Source of the DNA: Methanotrichaceae archaeon
GTDB taxonomy: Archaea > Halobacteriota > Methanosarcinia > Methanotrichales > Methanotrichaceae
NCBI GenBank assembly: GCA_963748825.1
Contig: CAVVKN010000018.1
Location: 64,001-128,000, forward strand
Length of the DNA: 64,000 bases
Reading direction: 5' to 3'
Made by a program: the position numbers and the translations under genes. The notes below the pieces were generated by a model. It had not been told where the DNA came from. It saw only the letters and a list, made by a program, of their open reading frames with translations, and did not search any database. Positions 1-10,799 of this stretch are shown here, one piece after another (positions within the stretch are counted from its first letter, which is position 1; the number at the start of each line of letters is the position of its first letter).

Positions 1-411
1 TTCGAAATAATTTTTAACATTTTCTTTAAATTGATCGCTTAATTTATCTCCAAATATTAAAAATAGATTTTCGAATGAAAGTTTGTTTCCATCTTTATTT
101 TTATCAAATTTAGGTAATCTATGCAATATTGCATGAAAGTAATTAAATGTGTTTTTTATGTTTCCAGGTGATGCACTATATTTTATTTCAATTATGACAG
201 GGCCCAGCAATTCATCGATTCCTTCCGGTGCATAAGCATCAGTTTCAAATTTTTTCCCGATTTCTGTTTTATAAGAGTAATATGGAATAAATGGCTTTGA
301 TTTCTTTCTGAAATATTCTTCAAGTAATTTCAATACAAACGTTTCAAAAAGCATGTAGGAACGGGGGCCACCACTTTTGTCTAAATTATTTTTAAACTCA
401 TTTAAATCCAT
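1..411 (-). CDS. 5' part of an AT-rich gene with a PD-(D/E)XK nuclease-like N-terminus; frameshifted, runs off the window edge
   Basis: Manual translation: MDLNEFKNNLDKSGGPRSYMLFETFVLKLLEEYF..., then after a frameshift FETDAYAPEGIDELLGPVIIEIKY (D-x(n)-EIK motif), open to position 1. Confidence 0.5.
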   Translation of the reverse strand, partial: MDLNEFKNNLDKSGGPRSYMLFETFVLKLLEEYFRKKSKPFIPYYSYKTEIGKKFETDAYAPEGIDELLGPVIIEIKYSASPGNIKNTFNYFHAILHRLPKFDKNKDGNKLSFENLFLIFGDKLSDQFKENVKNYFE

Positions 412-516
412 ATTTTAGCCTGCCTTATGCACGGGATGGTACGAAATCATCTCGCTTTGTAACGTTCCTGGGAAAATTGATAAATGTGTTGCTCATCTTG
501 AGCCTTGGGTGATGAC

Positions 517-745
517 ATGGATGCCAGAGATTACAATCGCCACTAAGAGATATATTTCCGAGACACCGAAACTTTAACCAAGTTCATCTTTGAGACGGTC
601 TCTACAAAAAGAGATGCTAATAACTGGGTGGTCATCTGCCTGGTCCAGGACTTATTGAAGATAGAGGCAAGAAGTTCAGGCAAATCGTGAATGGCCAAGG
701 TGGAATCCTGGAAGTCGAAATGCTCAACAAGAGTCCCATTGAATC
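517..745 (+). pseudogene. Frameshifted paralog of the 75-aa protein at 1199-1426
   Basis: Stitched translation MDARD...TKFIFETVSTKRDANNWVVICLVQDL..EDRGKKFRQIVNGQGGILEVE aligns with KFIFETVSVKREGDKWTVICMVQDLFEDEGKKFKIIVDNEGEVLDVE. Confidence 0.75.
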
Positions 746-856
746 ATTGCAGGCAGAGCATCATTGGGTCAGACTTCCGTCTCTTTCCTGAGAGTCGGAG
801 CTGCTCAGATTTAAGCAAGCAAAACCTTATTCCTGGCCCTCCGGTCAAGATCAAGC

Positions 857-1128
857 TCATCCAATTGAGTTAGCCCGCTGGGGCTTGAACGCGATCTCCC
901 CCGCCGCCAGGGGCTTTGCCAGCAGCCGTCCCGCAAAGAATTCCTTCATGATCACATCGATCTCTCTTGATACCTCCTGCGTGTATTCGACCTCGCCGTA
1001 GGTATCGCAGATGAGAGCCGGAACATCCTTAATGACCACGATCTCATTTCCAACCTAGCCATAAAATCATGTCTGCCTTCACGCATCTTGCCTGAGCAAC
1101 GGCAGCAATCATGGGCATCCGAATTCAT
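857..1128 (-). pseudogene. YgiT-type (MqsA-like) zinc-finger protein, frameshifted
   Basis: MNSDAHDCCRCSGKMREG... joined to VVIKDVPALICDTYGEVEYT; CxxC plus VIKDVPALxC pattern, second Cys pair degenerate. Confidence 0.7.
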
Positions 1129-1198
1129 CTGCCCCCCTCTTTCTGGGGAAAATTTAAAAAGGTATGGCTCATAATTAAACCAAATTTGAGGCGAGATC

Positions 1199-1426
1199 GT
1201 GAATGCTAAAGATGCTGGAATAGCGGCCAAGAAGTATTTTGAAGAGACCAAGTCACTTATAAAATTCATCTTTGAAACCGTTTCTGTTAAAAGGGAAGGA
1301 GATAAGTGGACAGTCATTTGCATGGTTCAAGATCTATTTGAAGATGAAGGCAAAAAGTTCAAAATAATCGTCGATAACGAGGGAGAAGTTCTGGATGTTG
1401 AAAAAATTGATCAAATTCCCTGCTAA
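1199..1426 (+). CDS. Small hypothetical protein, putative antitoxin partner of the PIN nuclease
   Basis: 75-aa ORF overlapping the start of the PIN gene; a paralog lies upstream. Confidence 0.65.
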   Translation: MNAKDAGIAAKKYFEETKSLIKFIFETVSVKREGDKWTVICMVQDLFEDEGKKFKIIVDNEGEVLDVEKIDQIPC

Positions 1427-1913
1427 AGTAATAATCGATACCGGACCACTTCTATTGTTTCTCGCAGGAAATTATGATCCTGAATACATCCCTAAAATAA
1501 AAAGAATAAAATATGGAGGCGAGCCCTGCAATAAGATACATTATGATATCCTAATGCAGTATCTGAACCATACAAAGGAGCGATTGATTACCCCTGGGAT
1601 TCTTTCAGAGGCATGGAACCTTATAGATAATGATATTAGTAATAAAAAAGATAAAAAGGAATTATTTGATGCGAATATAAATTATTTTAAACTTATGAAT
1701 GAAATCTATGTACCCAAAAATGAAATTCTATCGGATAAATACTTAAGTTCGAATGCATGGAAATTCGGCTTTACGGATTCATCGATTATTTTATGTGCAA
1801 AAAATAATAGCGCTTGCGTATTAACACAGGATTTTCCATTATTCAATATTTGCAAAAATTTAAAAATAGATACAAATCATTTAAGCTCAATTCTCAGCTT
1901 GGCAGATCTATAA
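1395..1913 (+). CDS. PIN-domain (VapC-like) ribonuclease
   Basis: IIDTGPL, ILSEAW, GFTDSSI and LTQD acidic PIN motifs; AT-rich. Confidence 0.8.
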   Translation: MLKKLIKFPAKVIIDTGPLLLFLAGNYDPEYIPKIKRIKYGGEPCNKIHYDILMQYLNHTKERLITPGILSEAWNLIDNDISNKKDKKELFDANINYFKLMNEIYVPKNEILSDKYLSSNAWKFGFTDSSIILCAKNNSACVLTQDFPLFNICKNLKIDTNHLSSILSLADL

Positions 1914-2008
1914 AAAATGTATCAATTAATATAAATCACTGGCTTTCCCGGCTCATCCGCCGTGCAGCATCTTTCCCAGCCTATTTGAACCGCCGTCTCC
2001 GTGTTCGT

Positions 2009-2040
2009 TCTCTGTGCGCTCTGCGCCTCTGCGGTTAAAT
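2009..2040. repeat. Short dispersed CTCTG(C/T)G-type repeat element
   Basis: TCTCTGTGCGCTCTGCGCCTCTGCGGTTAAAT between the convergent PIN and leuS genes. Confidence 0.4.
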
Positions 2041-2091
2041 TCCGTTAGCCCCAGGTTTAGCACCCAGAGCCAACGGTCTTCAGCCATCCTT

Positions 2092-4945
2092 TCACTCAAT
2101 ATAAATCGCCGGCCTCCCCGGTTCCGCTTGCTTGCTCTTGCCCTTGGGGTCCTCCCCCGCCTCGTCCGCCGAGTAGATCTCCACCGGCACACCCAGCGCC
2201 GTCTGCAGGTATGCCTTCTCTCTGGAGAGCGTCTCGAACTCGTCCAGCCCCAGCGCCTCAGCCGAGAGCGAGTGCGCCGCCTTGGCCAACTTTTGGGCAT
2301 ACTTGGGCGCATCCTTCTTGTGCTCCGAAATAGACGGGCGTTGCCATGGCCTGCTTCATGAGCGCTCCCATGTCCAGCTTGCCGCCTGAGGCCGCCTCAA
2401 CAGCGAGCCGCAGCATCTCCTTCTTCCAGGCAGGAGCAGTGTAGAGCGTGATCTTCGTAGGCGTGGCTTTGGTAACGCTCACAATCTCCTGCACGTCCTT
2501 GAGCGTCCGCTCCAGCAGGTCCTCCGCCTTCTCCGCCTGCGGATCGATGAGCGCCGCATCCGCCACCGGCCACTGGGCCAGCGAGGCGTAGCCCTCGCCC
2601 AGGCCCGCCGCCCACAGCTCCTCGCAGACGTGCGGCGTGAAGGGCGACATCATGCGCACCCAGGCGCTGAGCACAGCCCGCAGCTGATTCTTGCCACCCC
2701 TTCTCTGGTACCAGCGCAGATCATTGAAGAGCAGGTAAAAGGCGTTCTGCAGCGCCCTTCGGGTTTGGATGTTTTCCAAGGCCTGCGTGGCCTCAGCAAT
2801 GCGCCGCTGCAGCCGGGAGAGCATCCAGCGGTCGATGAGCGTCTTCTCTGCCGACTCATCGATGCTGCTGTCGGCCAGAATCTCCCTTGCCAGATTGTAA
2901 AACCTCTCCAGGTGAGCATAGGTGGCCTCTACCGCATCATTTCTCCAGTCCACGTCCGCCGTTCCCTCGGCATTGCCCAGGATGTAGAGGCGCGTCACGT
3001 CCGCCCCGTTTTCAGCTACCGCCTGGCGCAAAGTGAGAATCGGCCCCTTGGACTTGGACATCTTCTTGCCCTCCAGGGAGACGAAGCCGTTGACTGCGAT
3101 AGCTTTTGGCCAGAGCCGCTCCGGGAATATGGCCACGTGATGGTAGAGGAAGAAGAGCAGGTGGTTAGCGACCAGATCCTTTCCTGAGGTTCGCAGGTCT
3201 ACCGGATACCAGTAGGCGAAGTCGTCGTGTATCTTCTGCACGGTCTCCTGGGGCACTCCCGTGAGAGCGGCCACGCTGGCGGCGTCGCCGTTGTTCATGA
3301 AGATGTACTCGAAGAACTCAGGCGGCAGCTGGTCAATCTTCATCCCGGCGTTCACATACTTGGCCAGGATGTAGTAGGCCATGTAGATCGTGGAATCCCC
3401 AAGCGATTCAATGAGCCACTCTTTGTCCCAGGGAAGATGAGTGCCGAGTCCCTTACGCCTCGCACAGGCCTTGTCCTTGAGCCAGTCCACCTTGTTTATG
3501 AACTCCACCCGAAACTCCTCGGGTATAATCTTCATGCCTGCCAGGCAGCGCAGCACATTAGCCTTCCACTCCACATCGGAGTACTCCAGGAACCACTGGT
3601 CTCGAACCAACATAATGACGCAGCGCGTGCCGCAGCGGCAGATTACCGGCGTCTCGGAAAACTCATAGAAGATCTCAGCTATGCCCTGCTCGATCAGATC
3701 GGCCAGGAGAACGTCCTTGATCTTGCTGACGGCTATGCCCGCATACTTTCCCGTGTTGGCCTTGAGAACGCCGTTGTGAAACTCGCGCCGGTAGACCATC
3801 TTGGTGGCATCTTCTGCCTTGGGGTCGTTCTGGTCCTTAACCTTCAGCTCGTTTACGGCTTCCACCGCGGGCATTTCACCGTAGCCGGGCGACTCAATCA
3901 AGGAGATGAACTTGATATTTCTCAGATCCTCGGTGATGCCAAACTCGGAGAGGTCTTTGCCGTACAGATCCTTGAGCGCCAGATAATCGTAAGGCGCATG
4001 AGCCGGAACGGACATGACGATTCCCGAGCCGTTGTCCGGGTCCACGAATCCGGCAGGCAGCACGAGAACTTCGGTGCCGGTGAGGGGGTTAGTGACCCTC
4101 TTGCCGATCAGCTCCTTTCCCGAGATCTCCCCGGACAAAGCTACGGTCCGGTCCGTGAAGGTTAATTTCTCATAGGCCTCTTTGGATACCACCCAGGTTT
4201 CATCGTTCACTTTGGCCAGGACGTAATTGACATCCGGGTTGAGCCAGAGGTTGACCACTCCAAAGACCGTCTCCGGGCGCAGTGTGGCGCAGGGCAGGAC
4301 TCTGTCTCCCATTCTGAACTTGATCAGGGCAAAGTCCATGATGGTGGCATCCTCGCCTTTGAGAATGTCGTGATCCTCCACCGGATTTCGATCATGCGGG
4401 CACCAGCGCACCGGATGGCTGCCCTTGACCACATAATCCAGGCGGCGCAAAATGCCGTACTGCCACTCGATGAACTTGCTGTAAGCCGGATCGGTGGTGG
4501 TAAACTCCCGCCTCCAGTCGATGGAGTAGCCGATAGACTGCATGGCCGCTTTCGCCTGGCGGCGGAAGTAGAGCACAATCTTCTCCGGCGTGTTTAGCTC
4601 AGAGAGCTCCTCCTCAGGAATGCCGTGCAGCTTGGTGTAAACATCCCAGATCAATGGGTCGCGTTTGGCAATGAGCTCGGAGAGGCCCACTATCGGCGTT
4701 CCCGTGGCGTGGAAAGCCATGGGGAAGAGAACATTCTTTCCCTGCATGCGCATGAAGCGCGCCACTGCATCGCCAATGGTGAAGGTGCGCGTATGCCCGG
4801 CATGCAAATTTCCATTGAGATAAGGATAAGGTATGGTTAAAAAGAACTTCTGGCGATCGTCCGGCTCGGGCTGGAAGACCGTTTTATCCTCCCAGGTCTT
4901 CTGCCACTTGGCCTCGATCTCCTTAGCAGAATAATTTTCCAGCAA
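2092..4945 (-). CDS. leuS: Leucyl-tRNA synthetase (archaeal type), with one frameshift near 2335 that is probably a sequencing error
   Basis: PYPYLNGNLHAGH (HIGH), TLRPET, KMSKS motifs; C-terminus ...KQAEPGRPAIYIE continues in another frame (2092-2289). Confidence 0.97.
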
Positions 4946-5012
4946 CTTTTATTCCCTCCGAATATGATTTGTGAAATTCAAAAGACCAAAGACATAGGAA
5001 TCTCGCGACCCC

Positions 5013-6164
5013 TTACTTGTCCATCTTCTGCAGCCGCACCACTGCCTCTTCTATCCGCGGCGTCGGCTGGGTGATGGAAAACCTGACGTATCCCTCGCCG
5101 TACTCTCCAAAGCCCACACCGGGCGTGGCCACGATGCCCGTCTTCTCTAAGAGCCTTCCTGCGTACTCAATGGAGCTTCCTCCCACCCAGGCCCAGAGGT
5201 AGAGCGTGGCGTGCGGCTTTTCCAGCTGCAGCCCCAGATCCTTCAGGGCCTTGTAGAGAATCTCAATTCTGTGCTGGTAGATCTTCCTGATCCCGTCCAC
5301 AACCTCTTTCGGGCTCTCCAGGGCCACAATTCCCGCATCCTGCACCGCCCCAAAGGTTCCAGAGTCGATGTTGCTTTTGATCTTGCCTATTCCGGCCACA
5401 ACGTCGCTGTTCCCCACGACTGAGCCGATCCTCCAGCCGGTCATGTTGTACGTTTTCGAGAGCGAGTGAAACTCCACCGCCACATCCCTCGCCCCCTCCA
5501 GCTCCAGAAGGGACAGCGACCTTTCCCCATCGTAGTACGTCTCCGAATATGGATTATCGTGCATGACGATGATATTGTAGTCATTGGCGAAGTCGATTAC
5601 TTTCTTGAAGAAGCTCCGGTCTGCCGAGGCGCCGATGGGGTTATTGGGGTAGTTGAGAAACATGATCTTGGCCCGGCGGGCGTTCGCGGGAGCTATGGCA
5701 TCCAGATCAGGCAAAAATTTGTTCTCCCGGAGAAGCGGCATGATAACAGGCTCGCCTCCGGCAAAGACGGTGGCCGTGCGGTAAACGGGATAAGCGGGAT
5801 CGGGCACTAAGGCCGCGTCACCGGGATTGATGAAGGCCAGGGGCGCATGGGCAATTCCTTCCTTGGAGCCGATCAAGGTGAGCACCTCCTTTTTCGGATC
5901 CAGGTCGACGTCAAATGTCCTCTTGTACCAGTCCGCTACAGCCGTCCGGAAGGCCAGCTTGCCCTCGTAAGAAGGATACTGGTGATTGGACGGGTCACTG
6001 GCCGCCTTATTCAGGGCTTTGACGATGTGCTCGGGCGTTGGCAAATCGGGATCGCCCACGCTCAGGTCGATTACATCCACGCCTTTTGCCCGTGCTTCTT
6101 GTTTTGCCTTATCGATAGCAGCAAAGAGGTATGGCGGGAGATTTTTTATCCGATCGGCGTACAT
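5013..6164 (-). CDS. dapL: LL-diaminopimelate aminotransferase (class I/II PLP enzyme)
   Basis: LPPYLFA, LIGSKEGIAH, NYPNNP, SLSKTYNMTGWRIG, KSNIDSG. Confidence 0.85.
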   Translation of the reverse strand: MYADRIKNLPPYLFAAIDKAKQEARAKGVDVIDLSVGDPDLPTPEHIVKALNKAASDPSNHQYPSYEGKLAFRTAVADWYKRTFDVDLDPKKEVLTLIGSKEGIAHAPLAFINPGDAALVPDPAYPVYRTATVFAGGEPVIMPLLRENKFLPDLDAIAPANARRAKIMFLNYPNNPIGASADRSFFKKVIDFANDYNIIVMHDNPYSETYYDGERSLSLLELEGARDVAVEFHSLSKTYNMTGWRIGSVVGNSDVVAGIGKIKSNIDSGTFGAVQDAGIVALESPKEVVDGIRKIYQHRIEILYKALKDLGLQLEKPHATLYLWAWVGGSSIEYAGRLLEKTGIVATPGVGFGEYGEGYVRFSITQPTPRIEEAVVRLQKMDK

Positions 6165-6300
6165 TAGTTTCTCTCCATGGAAGATGCATTTATATGATGA
6201 CGGTCAACTATTTTTTGGGGTTCCTTTAAAGGATATTTTGACTACTATCCTGCAGGTACTACTTTCACGTAGTATTTAAGATTAGAGGAGCCTGGAGACA

Positions 6301-6360
6301 GATGCTTGAGATTTGGATGCTTTAGATTTGGGTGCTGGAGACGTAGATGCTGGAGATAAA
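6301..6360 (+). repeat. Four imperfect 15-bp tandem copies of the hel308 start region
   Basis: GATGCTTGAGATTTG / GATGCTTTAGATTTG / GGTGCTGGAGACGTA / GATGCTGGAGATAAA. Confidence 0.7.
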
Positions 6361-8572
6361 AGACCTTGCCTCGTGGCTCTCCCCGGAGGCCGTCAAGCTT
6401 TACGAGGACCGTGGCTATAAAGAGCTCTATCCGCCTCAGGCTGAGGCTCTGGAAAGGGGCCTTCTCGATGGCAAGAGCATGCTACTGGCCATGCCCACCG
6501 CTTCCGGCAAAACCCTGCTGGCAGAGCTGGCCATGCTCAAAGCCGCCCTGCAAGACCGCCGCTCGCTTTACATCGTTCCTCTGCGTGCTCTGGCCACTGA
6601 GAAGTACGATTCTTTTAAAAAATTCAGGGCGCTGGGCGTAACCGTTGGCATCAGTACCGGCGACTTTGACAAGAGAGACGAGCGCCTGGGCAAAAATCAG
6701 ATAATAATCGCCACCTCCGAGAAGGCCGACTCTCTCATGAGAAACGGGGCTTCCTGGGTGAGAGATCTGGCCGTCCTGGTGGTAGACGAAATTCACTTGC
6801 TCAATGACGTGGGTCGCGGCCCCACTCTGGAGATGACCATCACTAAGTTGCGCCACTGCAATCCCAATTTGCAGGTCATTGGCCTATCCGCCACGGTGGC
6901 CAACGCCCAAGAACTCGCCGCCTGGCTGATGGCAGAGCTGGTAAGCAGCGACTGGCGGCCCATCCGCTTGCGAGAGGGCATCATCTGCAATGGAAAATTG
7001 GTCTTCTCCGATGGCGAGGCCACGCTTGATGCCAAGAAGGATGAAGCCCTGGCCTTAGTGAAGGATACCCTCTCCCAGTCGGCCCAGATCCTTATCTTCG
7101 AGAACTCCAGGAAGAACGCCGAGGCTGCCGCATCACGGCTCTGTGGCCTGATACCTGCTGATGCGGCAATGCAGGATCTCTCTCAGAGTATTCTGGCCAC
7201 AGGAGAGAGCGAAACAGCACAGCGCCTGGCCGCCTGCGTTTCACGCGGCATAGCTTTTCACCACGCCGGTCTTTTGTCAGAGCAGCGGCGATTGGTAGAG
7301 CAGGGCTTCCGGGACAACAAGATTAAGGTCATAGCCAGCACTCCCACCCTGGCCGCGGGCCTGAACCTGCCGGCCCGTAGAGTGCTCATCAAGAGCTACA
7401 AGAGATATGAGTACGGCCGGGGAATGACGCCCATTCCCGTCATCGAGTACCGCCAGATGGCCGGGCGCGCCGGAAGGCCGGGCCTTGATCCTTATGGCGA
7501 ATCCTTTCTGATGGCCAAGAATAGCTCCGAGATGCAGGATCTGATGGAGCACTACATCCACGGCACCCCGGAAGAGATATGGTCGAAGCTGGCCAGCGAG
7601 AGCGCTCTTAGAACCCATCTTCTCTCCACATTTGCCGCCGGTTTCGCCAGAAATGAGCCGGAGCTAAAAGCCTTCATAGCCACCACATTTTATGCCCAGC
7701 AGCAGGATCCCTGGAATCTGGACGTCACACTGGAGAAGGTCATCGACTTTTTGATGGATAACGGCATGATCCAGGGCAGCGATGAAGGCGATCTCCTGCC
7801 AACCAGGCTTGGCTCTCTGGTCTCCAAACTCTACATCGATCCTCTGAGCGCCGTTATCATGCTGGAAAACCTGGGGAAAAAGAGGGCAAATGAGAGGCTG
7901 GCCAGCGAGAGGCTAACAAACGAAAGGCTGGCTAGAGGAAAAACAGTAATAGACAAATTAGACAAATTCACAAGCGCCTATGAACTGGACCTGGCAGGAA
8001 GGAAAAGGCCCTCAGATCTCGGCCTCATTCACCTCCTCACCATGACTCCCGATATGAATTTGCTCTATATCCAGGCCGCTGACGCATGGGTGGAGGAGTT
8101 CATCGATCAGCACCAGTTGGAGCTATATGATGAGGACAATTACGACTATCTGCTCCGCGAGGCCAAGACGGCATCCATGCTCATGGACTGGATCGGCGAG
8201 GTGCATGAGGAGCAGATTGCCAGCAGATACCACATCGGGCCGGGAGACATCCGCCGCTCGACTGAGACGGCAGAGTGGCTCATGCACTCGTTAGCGGAGC
8301 TGTCCAAGCATCTTGAACTGGGCATAACCTTCAAAGCGGAGCAATTGGCAGAGCGCATTCACTACGGTGCGGGCCAGGATCTTCTTGCTTTGCTAAACCT
8401 GAAGGGAATCGGCCGCGTGCGGGCCAGGAAGCTCTATTTGTCGGGCATAACCAGCATAGAAAAACTGAAGGCAGCCGACCAGAAGGAGGTCGCCCGCCTC
8501 CTCGGTCCCAAGATTGCCGAGAAAGTCACCTCTCAGCTTAAAAAAGAGGGAAAAGAGGAGATACAGCCTTGA
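6347..8572 (+). CDS. hel308: Ski2-like SF2 DNA helicase Hel308/Hjm
   Basis: LYPPQ, PTASGKT, DEIH, SAT, TPTLAAGLNLPA, QMAGRAGRPG and a C-terminal HhH (GIGRVRARKL). Confidence 0.95.
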   Translation: MLEIKDLASWLSPEAVKLYEDRGYKELYPPQAEALERGLLDGKSMLLAMPTASGKTLLAELAMLKAALQDRRSLYIVPLRALATEKYDSFKKFRALGVTVGISTGDFDKRDERLGKNQIIIATSEKADSLMRNGASWVRDLAVLVVDEIHLLNDVGRGPTLEMTITKLRHCNPNLQVIGLSATVANAQELAAWLMAELVSSDWRPIRLREGIICNGKLVFSDGEATLDAKKDEALALVKDTLSQSAQILIFENSRKNAEAAASRLCGLIPADAAMQDLSQSILATGESETAQRLAACVSRGIAFHHAGLLSEQRRLVEQGFRDNKIKVIASTPTLAAGLNLPARRVLIKSYKRYEYGRGMTPIPVIEYRQMAGRAGRPGLDPYGESFLMAKNSSEMQDLMEHYIHGTPEEIWSKLASESALRTHLLSTFAAGFARNEPELKAFIATTFYAQQQDPWNLDVTLEKVIDFLMDNGMIQGSDEGDLLPTRLGSLVSKLYIDPLSAVIMLENLGKKRANERLASERLTNERLARGKTVIDKLDKFTSAYELDLAGRKRPSDLGLIHLLTMTPDMNLLYIQAADAWVEEFIDQHQLELYDEDNYDYLLREAKTASMLMDWIGEVHEEQIASRYHIGPGDIRRSTETAEWLMHSLAELSKHLELGITFKAEQLAERIHYGAGQDLLALLNLKGIGRVRARKLYLSGITSIEKLKAADQKEVARLLGPKIAEKVTSQLKKEGKEEIQP

Positions 8573-9846
8573 AGTGGCTCAAGAATATTTTTGGGGGAAA
8601 AAAGACAGGAGAAGATTCCGTCGTTCTTCAGCTTACCGAAATTAATTCCTGGTTGGAAGAGAGAGGAAAGGAATCCGATTTTGCCATGCGCTGCGAAGAG
8701 ATCTATGGCCGCATGGATGATGTGGCGCAGACTCTCTCTAAAGACATATCCGCCCTGGAATCGGCCGAAGCAGATGGTAGCACGCCGCCCAAGCTTCTGC
8801 GGGCAGGCCTGGCGGCGCGCGGTGAGGTTGTAAAGCAGCTTGAAACGCTCTCTGAGAAGCTATTGCCTCCCAAGAAGAAGGACCCTGATTCTGCATTTCA
8901 GCACCATTGGACTCTCGTCAAGGGGCTGGAGAGGACCGTGACCACCTTTGGCAGAGCGCAGAGGTATGTGGCCGCACTCTTTCCCAGGAACATCGAGAGC
9001 ATCAACTCAGACCTGACACAAATCAGCCGTCTGCTGGTCGATTTGGAGGTGGAGATAGGCAAAAAGAGAAAGGTGCAAGAGGAAAGCTGGTACTCCCGAG
9101 AGCTTGCCCAAAGGCTGCAGGAAGAGCTATCGGGCATCGATGATCTGAAAAAGAAAACCCTGCAAGATGAAACGACGCTGGCGAGGATTAAGGTCCGGTT
9201 ATCCAGCCTGGAAGAGGAAGCAAAGAGGCTAGCGGCAAGCGATGATGGGAAAAGGGCGGAAGAGCTGAAGAGAAGCTTGGAGAAAAAGAAGCAGGACCAA
9301 TCTTCGGCAGAAGATGAACTGGCCGATCTTATCGCACCTCTGACCAAGGCGCTGGCCAGAATGATGAAGCAAGGATCAAGCGATAGAATCAATCTGCTGC
9401 ATAAAAACGTATTTGAGCAGCTCTTAGAGTCACCCTCCTTTGTGCAGGACAAGGACATTTCCGGCTCTTTAGAGGAGCTTCGGACCCATCTGGCAATACT
9501 TGGATTGAAGGACAAAAAGAAGGAAAAGATTCTCGATCATATCGACCTGCTCATCAAGGAAAGATCGCTGGAAAATGCCAGGGCCAGGCAGCAGGCTCTG
9601 GAAAATGAGATCTCGGATCTAGAGTCTCAGATTAGAGAGAGCAGTGAGGAGCCCCTGCGTCTGAAAGAGGAGATGAGCCTGTCCAGAAAGAGCAAAAAGA
9701 GCCTGGAGGCGGCCTTAGATCAAGCCAAGAAAGATCTGGCTTCATTAGAGGAAAAGACCGCATCAGATGAGTTGGAGCTGGAAGAAAGGCTGGCCAGGAT
9801 TGCGGGAAGGCCGATAAAGCTTGACCTCTCCCCAGAAAGGAAATGA
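8569..9846 (+). CDS. Coiled-coil hypothetical protein
   Basis: 425 aa, E/K/L-rich heptads, translationally coupled to both neighbours. Confidence 0.75.
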   Translation: MKWLKNIFGGKKTGEDSVVLQLTEINSWLEERGKESDFAMRCEEIYGRMDDVAQTLSKDISALESAEADGSTPPKLLRAGLAARGEVVKQLETLSEKLLPPKKKDPDSAFQHHWTLVKGLERTVTTFGRAQRYVAALFPRNIESINSDLTQISRLLVDLEVEIGKKRKVQEESWYSRELAQRLQEELSGIDDLKKKTLQDETTLARIKVRLSSLEEEAKRLAASDDGKRAEELKRSLEKKKQDQSSAEDELADLIAPLTKALARMMKQGSSDRINLLHKNVFEQLLESPSFVQDKDISGSLEELRTHLAILGLKDKKKEKILDHIDLLIKERSLENARARQQALENEISDLESQIRESSEEPLRLKEEMSLSRKSKKSLEAALDQAKKDLASLEEKTASDELELEERLARIAGRPIKLDLSPERK

Positions 9847-10760
9847 AGATCAACTTCGGGGGGATTATCCCTCTCTCCACGGTGGACTGGCTGGGACGCG
9901 CCGCTATGGTGGTATTCTTGCGGGGCTGTCCTTTGCGCTGTCCCCATTGTCACAACCAGAGGCTACAGACGGGAGAGAACTTGGTAGCTCTTCATTCTAT
10001 TGCGTCTCGCATTGTATCTGAGGTAAAAGGCTTTCCAGCGGCCCGCTGGGCCAGGGTAAGGGTCGAAGCACCCCTTTGTGCCCTTTCTTCCATTTCTCCC
10101 CTTTCTCTGCCCTCTCCGCTCTCTCCCCTTGATGCTCTTTCTCTGCAGATCAACCTTGAAGATGCATCACAACGGGCAAGCAGCAAGCCGTTCGTTAATG
10201 CTTTTGTCTTATCCGGGGGCGAGCCGCTTCAACAGATGGAAGCGAGTAGCCGGCTCTTTCGCCTGGCCAGGAGCCTGCATCTGGCCACGGGCCTGGAGAC
10301 CTCGGGCTGCTTCCCTGGCCGTCTGGAGACGTTGCTGGCAAAAGGGCTGGTGGATAAGGTATTCCTCGATCTCAAGACAGCTCTTCTGGAGCCGGATTAT
10401 GAAAAGGCTACCGGCAGAGGCGGCATGGCGGCGAGGGTACAAGAAAGCCTTGAGATCTGCTTTAAATTGGGCGTAGCACTGGACGCGCGCTGCACCATCT
10501 TTCCGGAGATGCCGTCCTGCTCCCAGTTGGTAGAGATTGCCGGTACGCTCTGCCGCTTGAAAGCGCTATATCCGGAAAATCGCCTGGAAAGCATGATCCT
10601 GCAGCAGGGATTGCCGCGGGAGGGAGAGGCCAGATTTGAGCCGGTCTCGATAGAGGCTTTGCAGGAGATGGCCAAAGCTTGCGAGATAGATTGCGGGACA
10701 GACGGTACAAAGCTGATGGTTCGGATTCGAGCCGCACCCAAGATAACCTGGAAAAACTAG
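9843..10760 (+). CDS. Anaerobic ribonucleotide reductase activating-type radical SAM protein (NrdG-like)
   Basis: PLSTVDW, GCPLRCPHCHN (CxxxCxxC), SGGEP; contains a low-complexity S/P/L insertion. Confidence 0.85.
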   Translation: MKINFGGIIPLSTVDWLGRAAMVVFLRGCPLRCPHCHNQRLQTGENLVALHSIASRIVSEVKGFPAARWARVRVEAPLCALSSISPLSLPSPLSPLDALSLQINLEDASQRASSKPFVNAFVLSGGEPLQQMEASSRLFRLARSLHLATGLETSGCFPGRLETLLAKGLVDKVFLDLKTALLEPDYEKATGRGGMAARVQESLEICFKLGVALDARCTIFPEMPSCSQLVEIAGTLCRLKALYPENRLESMILQQGLPREGEARFEPVSIEALQEMAKACEIDCGTDGTKLMVRIRAAPKITWKN

Positions 10761-10799
10761 ATAATCAAATGTGCAACATGGCAGCAATTGGTGAATAAG

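Noticed and set aside
2258-2345. Frameshift in leuS as programmed recoding or a split gene
   Set aside because: A single extra base with no slippery run in an essential gene; indels are frequent elsewhere in the window, so sequencing error is more likely
2630-4165. Long plus-strand ORFs (185 and 312 aa) and similar antisense ORFs elsewhere
   Set aside because: Shadow ORFs opposite GC-rich housekeeping genes, with no recognisable motifs
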